A stretch of 63,741 nt of DNA, counting the filler, from Perkinsus chesapeaki ATCC PRA-425 (Eukaryota; Protista; Perkinsozoa), in assembly GCA_013115145.1 (NCBI GenBank). It is 7 parts of 7 records of this genome, joined end to end, with 100 filler letters (N's around TTAATTAATTAA, not from the genome) between each part and the next. Parts side by side here need not be neighbours in the genome. Positions count along the whole stretch, not along the records: positions 1 to 25,024 come from JAAPAO010000536.1; 6 more parts are not named here. One strand, 5' to 3'. Position 1 is the stretch's first letter. Each line of letters opens with the position of its first letter. The notes below the pieces were generated by a model that saw only the letters and a list, made by a program, of their open reading frames with translations, ran no database searches and was not told where the DNA came from. Shown here piece by piece: positions 11,401-24,000 of this stretch. Position numbers and translations under genes: made by a program.

Positions 11401-13000
11401 TCACATCATAGTAGCCATAGCATCGATGAGAGCTCCAAGCCTCATATCGCTCGATACTGACTCGATGTCCTCACAAGGCCCACTGCTGCCACTAGAAAAT
11501 CTGAGAAAAAACAATGCTATTAGGATCTACAGTTTTAAAGGCACGGGTGGCCGTCGAAGTCCGGGCTGAGGAGGTAGGGTTATGTGGAGGTAAGAGGGAG
11601 CCTATGCCATGATCCCAATCCCCATGGACCTCTGAATGCATGCGTATCTCCGTTCCTAGGCATCAGGCTCTAAAAAGATGGGTTCCTCAATGCGAATAGG
11701 AAAAGTCGTTGAGATGGTTTGCAAGTATCGTCTTTCGTTTCCAACGTTATCCAGTTCCCCGGAATGAACTACTCCTCAAATACCTAGCCTACTACCGGCG
11801 GCGGCGGGACCACATTCCCATTTCGCAGTACTGGGACCGGTAATACTTACATAAGATATCGCAGCAGAAAGCCCTCCAAAGCTGCCAGCAGCCCACACGG
11901 TCCACCGCCCTGTTGTACTATAAACGGTACACTATGACGTGGTTCATCCTCCTTCGACCACCACTACGATGACAGCGAATCCAATTCCACTCTCTGCCGT
12001 TACACATTACCGAACTAAGTGGTTGCCGCATCCATCGCTTGATGTCCGCTGGCGTGCACCCCTCTCCAGGAACCGGCCCTGGTCCAAAAAATAAATCCCA
12101 CACCTGAGCACGGGACACGGTATAAAGCTACATCGCTCAACTCTACTGCGGCACCTCTTCAGCGAATTCCGCCCGCATCTCAGCAAACTGCATCTCCCGG
12201 GGATCGAACCGGAGGCCTTCCGAATCGGAAACCAGCGTGTTCGATCGCATTCTTTTGCATCCCGGGCTCCTCAAACTGCCTTCATCCTGGCCCCCTACCG
12301 CCGCCATCTCTGATCAGGTTTTCCCACTCGACTTGTCGAGATATCGGCGATCCCCAACCTCTCACCTTTTATCACCTCACATGTCGGCACTAATCCTTCT
12401 GGCCGATGCAACTTAGACAGGATCTCGCGGTATTCCTCATCAGTTGGGTAATGCTCCTCGACCTCCGGCAGAGGCTTAAGCTCCTAGCATTTCCCTTGGG
12501 AATGAGGCTTCCTTTATTACCTTCGGTTTGTCGCTATCAGTCATACTCAATCGCAACGTCTCTTGTAATGCAGCGTCTTCAGAATCTATCAAACAAAACA
12601 ACAAATGGCAGCGAGCGGTAATAAAGTATTTTGATTTGAATACGCTCCGATCTCCATGATCATGGAGTTTCGAGGTTAGAGAATTGAACGATGATGATGA
12701 TTATCGTAGTACAGTAGCGGTATTTTCGCTTAATCTCACTTCACCATGCGCTCCTCCAAGAACCAACAAAATGAATACACAACTCGTGGACTTGCTGCCG
12801 CATTCCGACATGTGACCCACTCAAGCGCCATTTAACCGATGTCAGCCAATCCAAGCCGTAGTACCTCGTGCGTAGCCCTCTGCCTGGGCATCGATCAATG
12901 ATAAGCGAATGGCCTCTGCCAGTTCAGGATCCTCGCTCGACATAACCAAGAGCTTTATTTGCTCAATTCTTCCCTCCCAAGACTACTAACTCAACATTGA
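8471..13000 (-). CDS. MINDY3: MINDY3/FAM188A-like deubiquitinase with N-terminal UIM-like extension (>15 exons)
   Basis: Ordered exons: EEVWDLFFG...IKRWMRQ; QQGGGPCGLLAALEGFLL (catalytic Cys, ~11870-11920); SMILTRG; GHCSQELVNLCLLGRCFSNVFDG; VGYVTELEALRYVTVGSRYKNPEFPLWVVGSPNHYTLLF (catalytic His); QTRWP. Upstream exons splice in frame via introns at 12188-12232 and above. 5' limit uncertain and may reach ~13860. Confidence 0.85.
12188..12232 (-). other. 45-nt intron made of a sense tRNA 3' half
   Basis: GTTTCCGATTCGGAAGGCCTCCGGTTCGATCCCCGGGAGATGCAG. Removal joins ...RSNTL|FAEMRAEFAEE in frame. Confidence 0.7.
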
Positions 13001-13882
13001 TGAAATACTGCAAACAATCTGATAAAAAAGCGGTGAGCATCCAACCTCAGGTGCATCCGAATAGAACTCTAAAATCGAGGCCGCATCAGAGGACCATCTT
13101 GGTGAATGTCGAACCTCGGCAACATCCAACAAATACAGAAACGGTAACATAGTGATCTTACAGCCCTCATTGGAGAAGGCCTGTGAGCATCACATCACCG
13201 AAGTATGCCCGATACTAGATAACGGCGCGGCGCTATTAACAACTGCTGCCACTGACAACCATCATAACGTGACGATGGTGCACCAAAGGTATTTTACAGC
13301 TTGTTCATCTAGACCAATCTAAAAAGTTATCCCATCAACCAGCAGCAGATCCAAAGCCATGAAGGAAGCCATACGCTCAAGGAGCACTGACTTCCAACGG
13401 CTTCTTGGCCGGGAGAGATTAAATGCAAAATATTTAATGATAACAGATGAGGTTGATGATGACCTACTAACAAACGAAAGGGGTAATAACAACAGCAGTA
13501 CCAGCAGCAGCAATAAACAATTATTAATAATGTACTCGGTCATTTAACCTTCTACACTGACACAGGAGCATCGGTATTAGTAGTATAACAGGTAAGTATA
13601 TATTGTACAGGTATTTCTGATCAAAATACGGGCTAAGTGGTAGGAAGATGACCTTATCACTGACAAACGAATGGATCTAGTATCTACTACCATCAATACA
13701 TCATCATCAACTACAAATTATTAGCTATGGGCAGCATTAAGCGATTCAGAAATTCAATTTAAAATATTCATCATTCACTTTACTATTAATGAGTGACCTG
13801 ACAAAAACTAAGTTACACTTCAACACCGAGCCTGGTTGCAACAGCCCATATTTACCAAAGACATGCGGCTGTTCGCCTTCAT

Positions 13883-14512
13883 TATATAAATCTCTACACT
13901 GTCCTTATCCACCTCTATACTATATAAATCTCTACACTGTCCTTATCCACCTCTATACTATATAAATCTCTACACTGTCCTTATCCACCTCTATACTATA
14001 TAAATCTCTACACTGACNNNNNNNNNNNNNNNNNNNNNNNNNNNNNNNNNNNNNNNNNNNNNNNNNNNNNNNNNNNNNNNNNNNNNNNNNNNNNNNNNNN
14101 NNNNNNNNNNNNNNNTTATCCACCTCTATACTATATAAATCTCTACACTGTCCNNNNNNNNNNNNNNNNNNNNNNNNNNNNNNNNNNNNNNNNNNNNNNN
14201 NNNNNNNNNNNNNNNNNNNNNNNNNNNNNNNNNNNNNNNNNNNNNNNNNGTCCTTATCCACCTCTATACTATATAAATCTCTACACTGCTCTTATCCACC
14301 TCTATACTATATAAATCTCTACACTGCCCTTATCCACCTCTATACTATATAAATCTCTACACTGCTCTTATCCACCTCTATACTATATAAATCTCTACAC
14401 TGTCCTTATCCACCTCTATACAATATAAATCTCTACACTGTCCTTATCCACCTCTATACAATATAAATCTCTACACTGCCCTTATCCACCTCTATACTAT
14501 ATAAGTCTCTCC
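13883..14512. repeat. 38-bp minisatellite (TATAAATCTCTACACTGTCCTTATCCACCTCTATACTA)n with N gaps
   Basis: Period 38 (starts at 13885, 13923, 13961...); near-identical units without spacers. Confidence 0.95.
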
Positions 14513-14738
14513 ACTTTCTTTTTCAATTATGTTCTTAGCCCAAACCCTCCTCCAGCCCCCTTTATTACGGAATCCTCTCCACCGTTCTTAGCTGCATTCA
14601 CGGTGGGGCTCCATACTAGCATTCCCGTCACATTTGCCATTCGAGAAAGTGTACCCGCCTGGTGGGACTAAAAAGGCCAACATTCACAAGTTCGTTAACT
14701 AAACCCACACCACCGGCGCAGCGCTATCATGAGGTCAG

Positions 14739-15995
14739 CTAAACTTCAATTTCTACGAGACACGTTGGCGCGCCCTTATTACCTTCTCCAAAGTGATCGC
14801 TATCACTGAATGATGATGACCTTTCCGATCCGCCATCTTCCGTGGACTTTTCGCTCGATGCACCGACACTCCGCTTCAGAGCGAAATTGCGCTGTGCTAG
14901 AGCCGCGTCAATGCAGAGACGGCCCAACATATCCTTAGCGAGGAGCCAGTCCAACTCCCTCCCCTGAAACCAACAATGTCCCCCGCCCCACTTTCCACGT
15001 CTGTTGATCACTCCCGAGCGAATATGCAGTAACCCATGCGATGACTCACCAACTCTCTTGCAGTTGGCTCCCTTGCAAAGAGGCATGTACGAATGTCCCC
15101 ACCACGCTGCCTTAAAGCCTCGGCGATGGATACATCGGCGAACTGATCCCCAATAAGAACCTGCTCCAATCCGCTGATAGTTACCACTTGGCCATTGGGC
15201 AGTATTACCACTTTCCTAGGTTCCGGTTCCAAGGCCGGTAAGATGGCCAGAACTGAAGCAAGCTTCGGCGATCGGAAGTACCCGGACATACAATATTGAC
15301 GAAATTGCAAATTAACCATAGCAAACTCCCGACAGAACCTGCAGGCAAGGTAGTAAAGGGGAATGAAGGGATGCTCTCTTTCTTCTCACTCATTAGCATG
15401 TATTATGGTGACTTTGGACAATAATGGCAAGACTTGTGGGTAATACAGCCTACACGACTCTTGAACCCAACCAGGACCACTACTCGTTAATATAAATACA
15501 AAACGATTGGATAAGGAAAGTGCCCGCTTCTGAAAATAGGACCATAGTGAAGTTGGCGATGAGTCGCTCAACATACCAATAACGATAAAACCCGTGCTTG
15601 AAGAGGTTGAACAGCTGCCAGCTTATCAGAAAAGCTTTCCTGTGAGCTCACTATAAATGAGGACGGCAGAAGGGTATCATCCCAGTCAAATATCTGAAAA
15701 CGCGACTACGGGACGCCCAGCACCCTAACGTTACCACTGCAATCCCTGAAGACTTATCTCCTGGCAATTTTGAATCGCCGCTGGCATTCTTAAAGTCTCC
15801 ATCAGTAGGACTGTCTTCATGTAATACTGACTTAGTGGGCTGCCAGCTGGTATGTTCTGGCTGCTGCTGCTGGCTGTGTTGAGGTAATGAATTAGAGGCA
15901 TTCAGACCGATTGACGCATCGGTGCTATTCTCAAGGATAGAGCCTTCTACAGACTTGGGGATAGACGAGGCGGCGATGAACGATGTTTCAGACAT
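14739..15995 (-). CDS. Hypothetical multi-exon protein, Ser-rich N- and C-termini
   Basis: Chain of same-strand ORFs 15651-15995, 15386-15574, 15008-15319 and 14739-15086, with an ATG start at 15995. Confidence 0.5.
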
Positions 15996-16499
15996 TAGTT
16001 GAGATAACTACTCAATACAGTACGGCTTACTGTTAAGATTCGAGCCATACATAATCAAAGGGAAAGTTAGACGGTGACATGATGCAATCTTGCTGTCTTA
16101 TAATTCCCTCACACAGCGCGTGTCAAGACGCGGGAACTGGAGGGGAGGTGTTCCATCTCGGAGATGGAAGTGGGAAAGTTGCGAAACGTGCTTTACTTCG
16201 CTCCGTCGTGACATCAGTTAGCTAAGGAAGAAAGTTGTCTATCACGATAAGTAAATCTTTGTTGATCCCCATTCTTGTTCACTCTGCTGTGAACCGTCGA
16301 TATAGTCATCAGTAGCATCAACTAAGCCTACCTTACACCTTACATCTTACGAAGACTTGAGTACTCACACAGAGCAACAAGAACATCCCCAAACAAACAT
16401 AAACAACGTAATGAGGTGTCCAAGCATGTTCCCCAGGACAGTGGGGCGTCTGCTTACAGGGGCTTCACTCGAAAACAGTAATAACGCAAATCTTATGCT

Positions 16500-17761
16500 G
16501 TTGTGTAGACAGTTGTACTACTATTCAACATGAAAGTAGGGCTCCTTTCGGCGACGAATAAATTCACTGTATTCCGCAAGGGCACCCCGAACACCAGGCC
16601 AGGCACCGTCGCCAGAGCACATGTCAAGTGCGAACTCTCTGTCTCTTTGTGATGGCAGGGTGGCAATCAGGCCGCACACGAGCCGCCAAATTTTGCCTTC
16701 GTCGTGACCTAGTGGAGTATAAAAAACCCGGCTGAGGTGGAACTTACTTAAGACGTTGAGAGGGCTCTCGACATCATCTATAAGCTCATACGTGCTTTGA
16801 GAGAGAAACCCGTAGGTATTGACCTAAGCAAAAAACAGCACAGCATTTTGAGCAAGCATTGGATAACCGACCAGCATCCATGGTAATGCCATCAACTGTG
16901 TCAAGTTAAATTGCTGCCAAAATCGCTCCATATAACCGGAAGGATGTACTTCCCCTTGCGACAAGCGATCGCGGAAAAGTCTAACCTGAAAAATGGTATG
17001 TTAGTATAGCACGACTTATCTACTGCCAGTGGCAGTCCGCCACCCACAGTCACAATGAGCTCCCGAGGTTCTTCATCTAGGATGCTCGGGTTTGAGAAAA
17101 TAGACACCGGTTGTTTAGACGTCGCTTTCTCGGAGTTTCGCATCGAGCTTCTTGAGGCGTCACGGCATCGTGCATCCGAATTCGAACGAACACTTCTCGA
17201 AGAGAGCTCTGTCGACAGGCCGGACAGAATAGCCGCTTTCAGCTCCTTGCTAATGCGATCTGGGAGCCTTCGTTGCGCAGCCTTGAGAAAAATAGACACA
17301 CAGAGTACTTGCTTGCAAAAAGGCACACCTTGGTTGGCATGGTAGATCCTATATTAGAAAGCAGCTCCTCTACGGCTCTATGTTGCCCCTGAGCACAGGG
17401 CGAAAGTCGTTTTCGTTAGAGTACGGCCGGCCAAGGAACTCTGCTATTTCGGATACCCCACGCACTTCCGTATACTCCTCACTTAGCCCTTCATGTATTC
17501 GAGATATCACCTTACGAACCGCTTCCTGAAGAGTGCATTCCGGATATCCAAATGAAGTATAGAGGGACACATTAAATAGGATATGTTGTATTCTTTATTT
17601 CTCCCCGAGAAGGTGGGTTCGAGCGAGATAGATTGCGAACCACACGCTAAACTTTGGTTGACCTTTTCCTTTTGAATTGCTTGCTCCAGTTGTAATCGAG
17701 AGGATCTTAGACCGATGAGGCGGTCCTCAAGCTGTTCGATTCTGACCTCATGAGTGCGCAT
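16500..17761 (-). CDS. Hypothetical multi-exon protein with N-terminal coiled coil
   Basis: ORFs 17507-17761 (EVRIEQLEDRLIGLRSSRLQLEQAIQK), 17370-17570 and 16901-17326; 3' end approximate. Confidence 0.5.
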
Positions 17762-19131
17762 GGGAAATCAGTTAGGGTTCACTAGAAGCAAGCCATCTTA
17801 CAGCAGCGACCAGTAAACCACACAGTATAGTAGAGGGCAAAAGCATACCTCTCTTTTTTCCTTTCTATGAGCCACTTTTAACTTGCCCACTAACCCCCCA
17901 CCATGAGTAGTTTAGAGACTCTATTATAGAGTGCTTCTCGAGCACAATTGCCTTTTGAACTGAACTCACAAACCGGTGATTCTCAGGGCAAGAGATCGAT
18001 GAGTGGTGTTCACGCGAAACCACTTATACAGAAGATGACTGTTTGATAATAATCAATGCTCTCCGCCAGATCACACAAGAGTCTCGTAACGAGGGCCTCA
18101 TACTGTGGCTGAGACGTCCTCAGTGAGGACTCCTCACTGCGGGGACACTAGGGCACAAATATGAGAGCGAACTCATAAACTCAAGTACATAAGCTACAGT
18201 AGAAAGAGTTTTCCGTGCTACAAATGCGAACACATAAAGCAAGGCGGCAATTAGTTTGGGTGGCTCCGCTCCTTCCACAGCATAGCCCAGCGAGACTTCC
18301 AAGTTGTAGGATACGGTGTTCCAATAAGGGAAGCATAGCAACATCCTCACAGACCAAAGGGCTGCGGCTGAGATGCTCGCTCGAGGAATCAATAAACATT
18401 CACGCTGGCGCCACGTGTGGCACACTTCTCTGCGAGTTTCGGTGTCACCGAAACCGAATCGGTGATACCGTCGCCCTTAAAGAGGATGTGGCCGACCTCG
18501 TTCGACTCCTCCCACAGTGTCGGCGAAACAAGTCGAACGATGATAATGGAAGAGGTTAGGCGATAGCTTGCCGTTTCAGAAATAAGATGACCCATTTAAA
18601 AACCAAACTGGTGGAGCATATACATGCCGTGCGTGATACACCTATGGAGAGAGTGATCTGGTACCAAGATCACGTTCCACAGAGCAAACATACGACTAGT
18701 TCTACAAGAGCTTCACAAAGCGAAGGTGGAACCTGAAGCCCGCAGGATTTGGTCCGACTGCATACCGGTACTGAGGTTAATATTATATTATGTGAGTTCA
18801 TGCACAGACTTTTGGCTGCGAAGCTCCACTAGAGAGTTTATAACCGCGTTTCGTCTTGTACTGAACTCTCTCTGAGCTGGTAATGAAGTTGAGGATACTC
18901 AACTGAGAGCCATGTTACATTCTTTACATCATCATATAAGGTCTCTCTGCCATGGTGGGACGTTATATGCCTTCTATATCATTGCCCTCGTTGTAAGGAC
19001 GACGGCGCCAGCGGGTCCAGTGGAGCCGCAAAGCGTGGCGCAAAGCCTGGCACGCTTGAGTCGGCTGCATGAGTCAGGCTTCCTCATGTACATCTACATT
19101 TAACACTTTCTCGCAGCAACTTTTTCAAAGA

Positions 19132-19530
19132 ATGAACCCACTATTCATTATACCTATGCTGGTCGCCTACCTTCTTGGGTTTGCTCGTGGATACGATGAG
19201 TACGATCTCGCAGGTGGCCATAGAGGAGGCTGGTTCTCACCATGCGACGGTGCCCCCAACCCTACCCCACTCTATGCCATTTTTTTCACTGCATTTTCGG
19301 TGACTCTCTATCTTTACACGCCTAACAAGGCAGCGACCGTTCCATTCGGGCCTTTTGAGTACTATGTATTCTCGGACCGGGTGCTTGTGCCTCACTACGA
19401 TACCTCTGGGCACGAAGACTATGAACAGCACATCAAGAACTCTTTAGACTTCATCTTCATCACGGGCCCACATAGTTTGGAGTTTGACCCGATAGATGGA
19501 ACTCCCATTTCACGTCTTTGCAGGCAATGA
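19132..19530 (+). CDS. Small predicted secreted protein
   Basis: MNPLFIIPMLVAYLLGFARG signal-peptide-like start; intronless 132-aa ORF. Confidence 0.5.
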   Translation: MNPLFIIPMLVAYLLGFARGYDEYDLAGGHRGGWFSPCDGAPNPTPLYAIFFTAFSVTLYLYTPNKAATVPFGPFEYYVFSDRVLVPHYDTSGHEDYEQHIKNSLDFIFITGPHSLEFDPIDGTPISRLCRQ

Positions 19531-19765
19531 AGGGCTACTTCGTTAAATGGGGCCATCTACTCATGTCACAGCTGGCTTACGAACATATGCTCTATCAACA
19601 AATCTTTTGAATGTACTCGGTTCATAATGAGCCGTTCATTATTGTTGAGGACTTTGAGGAATTTCCTTATCATTCATCTGATATCTTCATCTGCGGGTCC
19701 TACGCGTTGCTTCGAAAAACGAGGTCGACTTCATTTCCCCGCGTTTACATCAAGTCTTGTGTTCA

Positions 19766-20750
19766 CTAGTGACATGGAATAATAGCGAAAAATAGCGATG
19801 GCGATCCGTCAACAGTCAGGGTGATCTCGCCATCGGCGCCACAGGGCAGGTTATTGCCGAAACGTACGCCAGAACAAGGATTCAGATTACCAGTAATAAC
19901 TTTAACCGACCTCAAATTCTCATACAGATTTCGGGACATATAACCACAGCCTCGAGCACCAGTATCCAACATGCACTCGACACGAGCACCGCAATCACCC
20001 TTTTCTCTCAAAATCAGCTGAAACAAAGGGTCACCCGTCTTCAGTTGACGGCGTCAACTTGACGCACACAGTCCTCCTCATCAACGAGCACGTCGACCAG
20101 TTCGAAGTTATTCTTGGGAGCACTCGCATAACCCGTAGAATGCTGTCCAGGTTGTGTGGTGGAACCAGACGCTGAACGCCATAGTGGACAGTTTCTACGC
20201 AAATGCGGTCCTCCACACGTCCAGCACTTCAAGTGCTGCACTTGATGGGCTCCCTGCCCCGTACGGCGTACACCTTGCGGACCGGAGTTATCATTACCCG
20301 TTGAAGGAGTCGGCCAACTCGTACCCGAAGTCGCAGAGTCAGCCTCATTGGGGCAACCATTGGAGTTGAAACCAGAAGATGACTGTATAGAACCAGATTC
20401 CATGTCGTTCACAGCCTTGACACCATCTTTACCAGTAGTAACACCGGAAGGACCAGCAGCTTGGTGCACCTCTCACAATATCAAGTTCTCGGCAAGCTGG
20501 TTAACGTCTCGGACATGAGGATACACCGTAGTTGCAATTTTGCGATAGGAAGGTCGCATACCATCCGTAAACCGGGCCAAGGTTTCGGATGAACTAGCTT
20601 GCACACCTATGCAACGTCCTTCTACCAATAGGCCACGAAGACCGTCTTCGGAAGACGGCTTACATAGCTACCCATAGTCTCAGAGGCTCCTTGTGCACAG
20701 CGAGAAAGGCGAGCGCGATACCTCACAGCATCGTTGGTTGTGTGTGTGTG
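19766..20750 (-). mobile_element. LTR-retrotransposon remnant: gag zinc knuckle + aspartic protease
   Basis: CWTCGGPHLRRNC (CX2CX3HX4C-type knuckle) in ORF 20041-20469; MLDTGA protease motif in ORF 19766-20026; no RT downstream. Confidence 0.75.
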
Positions 20751-21068
20751 AGTTTATAGTCCAACGCCGAATATTGGCTTAGTTAGACTATCCATTCTAT
20801 GTGCAGCTTCAGAGCGAGAGTTTAATACCTATACTGTTATTGTCACTGTAGGGTTTACCAAAACGAATGTAGCTAGTCTCAAGAGATCTTACTCCTCCTA
20901 GCAGAATTCACTCACGCAACCAAGGGCCTATGTACAACTACCAAAACACAATGGCTCCCAAGGTGCGAGACCACAAGCTTCATCTCTAGGACTCGAAGTA
21001 TTCAGTCTTGCCACACAGCTTCACTCGATTAGGCATCCCCATGAGCTCAGTAAGGCTGTTTAATGCTC

Positions 21069-24000
21069 TCAACCTCCATTTCGCAAGTGTCTAAAAAATA
21101 TTTTCTCACAAGAGCTAGCGACCGCTGCACATCGCTTCACACAAATTGTTATCTGCCCGAGAGTTCCGTTCTCGTCCACAAAGGAAGGCCGAAAGCGTGA
21201 CCGATCCGGTCGCTTACAATCGAGCAGTAAGTGTGAGCTATCATCTTTTACTCCACAGTGGTTACAGTTTATATCATGAGCCGCGACATTGATGCCGGGC
21301 CGATACGTACACATAGGCGTTTAACAGAGGAGAGTGCCCAGATAAGAGTTGTAAAAAAGCACCGTTCTTGCTAGTCCGCACAACGCACTGCAAGCATTCT
21401 CTCTGCCTTAAACTTCGTACAGCCCTTCGCAAGGGTTCAGATAAAGAGGATACCATTCTAACAATATGGTAATCTCTCAATAGAGAAAGACGAAATTTGG
21501 TATCAGCGGGTTTGACAACTTTTCCAGGTGTATTATCCTCACAGTAATGATGAGTGGTGGGGAAGCCCCACTCCTCCAGCAGCTCTCGAAGTTTGGTAGT
21601 ACCTACCTTCCCTTTCATATGCATGTCCATTGGCCTTTTGTGGATGTGAGCCAGAACTACTCTCTCTGCCACCAATTGCGATAGTGGCATCACTCCAGAG
21701 GCAATAAATAGTAGTGGACGGGGTGTACTCCTCCTAACCCTTAAAGCTCTTCTAAGGAAGCTAGCCCCCAAAAGATCTATCTCTTCTCTTAGGGTTTTAT
21801 TTGCAATAGTTCCTCCCCATATTTCATGGGCATATAGAATGATTGGTAGTAGTACTTTATTGTATATTTCGGTGAAGATTCCGACAGAGACGCCTCGATT
21901 CTTCCCCATGAGCGCCCCACATTGCCGTAACGCCATATTCCCAATTTGTTTTGCGAGTACCAGTCTTCCGCTTAAATGCTTATTGAACTGAAGACCTGAC
22001 GTAAGGGTACATCCTAGCTGACGTAGAGTGTCAAAGTAGCCCGGAAAACCACTGAGGACTTTCTTGAGGTTTGTAAAAAAAACCATCTTTGTGGAGTCCA
22101 ACTTAAGGTTAACCACTGCAGATTCACGCTCAGTGAAATCAATGATTTTCTTCAGGGCCGCTCTTATCTCTCCATCTGTAGCACCGACCATCCACGAAAT
22201 TAATAGGTATGAATCGTCGGCAAAACATTTCCATTCACAAGCTTCTACTTCGTTGAGCCCATTTGCAAACTTTTCAACTTTCTCACCAACATCATCTGTG
22301 CTTATAATGAATAAAAAGGGAGAGAGGAGGGCTCCTTGAGGTGTTCCTTTGCCAACATACTCTGCGGACGGTGATGCTGCCGTAACTCAGCTCAGATGTG
22401 CGACCAGCCAACCACTCGGAGATCCACTTCCTAGTACAAGTACTTACATCGAATTTTTTCAAGCCATTTACGATCGCCTCGTGAGAAATTTCGCCAAACG
22501 CATTGCTATAATCTAAGGAGAGTATACTCCAACGTTTTCTCTCCTTGATAAAATGCGCTGAGGCGCTTATAACATCGATGGTGCTCTTGCCGGGCAAATA
22601 GGCGCGTTGGCGCCCAGATTGAGAAATACTTTCAAGAGAACTCTCGAGCTGCTTCCGCACATATGATTCAGCGATTTTCGAGAGACTTGAACATAGCGCG
22701 ATGGGCCTCAAGGATTTCACACTCTTTCGGTCCCGTTTGGGTTTGTCTATCATAATGGTTCGTGAGTGCTTCCACGACGGCGGGAGATACGCATTTGAGA
22801 AGCTGAACCCAATCAGCTTTCCAAGTTCAGCCTTTACCCAATCCGGACTCTCATGCCAATGTCTCAAACGAATCCCATCAATTCCTGGCGCTGTAGAGAA
22901 ATTTTTACGCCTCTTTTCAATTAATGACTTCACCTCTTCACTTGTCAATACCAAAAAGTTCGCCGGAGTAGAAGGTTGAGACAACTCACGATGACTGGCC
23001 AAGTATCTAGGACCCAAAATATTACACGCTGTGGAGGCCTCTGTGCCAACGTAATGATTTGCTAGGCAATTAGCAGACTGTTCAATAGTTTCGTCGTCCT
23101 CGAGTATCCTTGCTATCAAACGGGGCTTGGGTCCTCTGGCTTTCTTGTAGATCTCAGAGACGTGAGCGTGCTCCAGCGATGTGAAGCTTCGTTGGAGAAA
23201 TTCTTCCTTTTTATCAATTATCAGTGTACGATATTTGGCTCGCAACACTCGTTTGTGAGAAGATTGAATACGCTCAGCACGTTTGAGCTCCGAGCGTTTC
23301 CTTCTCAATTCGGAGTCAAACCACTGTGGGCTTGCGTTCATCTTGCGAGTAATTCCGCGCTTCTTCGGACTCGCTACTATTGCTGCTTCTTGTACCCTAG
23401 CAATCAATGATTCGCTCCTTTCGATGAGATCCTTTGACGAGTAAATAAGAGAATCAACGTAAGATGGTTTAAGAGTTTCCAGATAGCTCCTATACATCTC
23501 CCAATTGCACTTGTAGAAATTATGATCATTTAGACAGCCTGCTGGGACGCTTTCTACTGTTTGCAGTCCAGCCAAAAACGAAGGCTGAGCCTCAGTGAGT
23601 GAGAAGCTAATCGGGGCGTGATCTCCCAGCCCAAAATCATCAGAAACTAACCAGTCCTCAACAGAGCAAGAACCCTTGAAGAAGGTCACGTCTATGAGCG
23701 ATGTTTTGCGTCTACTTCCTATTTTAAGGCTACTATCTAATGCACGAAATGTAGGGTTTCTGCCCTGGTTCGCGCATATGAACCCTTCCGCAAGGAAGAG
23801 GTCCGATACAAGTCTTCCAAGCCTCATAGACGTTGAGTTTTTACAAGTGTGATGAAATGGGTTCCAAAGAGGACTTGACCCATTACTATCACCACCAGCT
23901 ACTATAGAGCAGTTTTCCCTTACATTACAGAGGGGTTGTAGAACAGAATTTGGGTCACTATCAATATTTATATAAAATGCCGCGATTAGGATACTATTCA

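Noticed and set aside
11360-11420. TGGCTCAA and GTAGCCAT as a relic spliced leader
   Set aside because: Fragments are in the wrong order and separated; no contiguous SL match was seen anywhere by eye.
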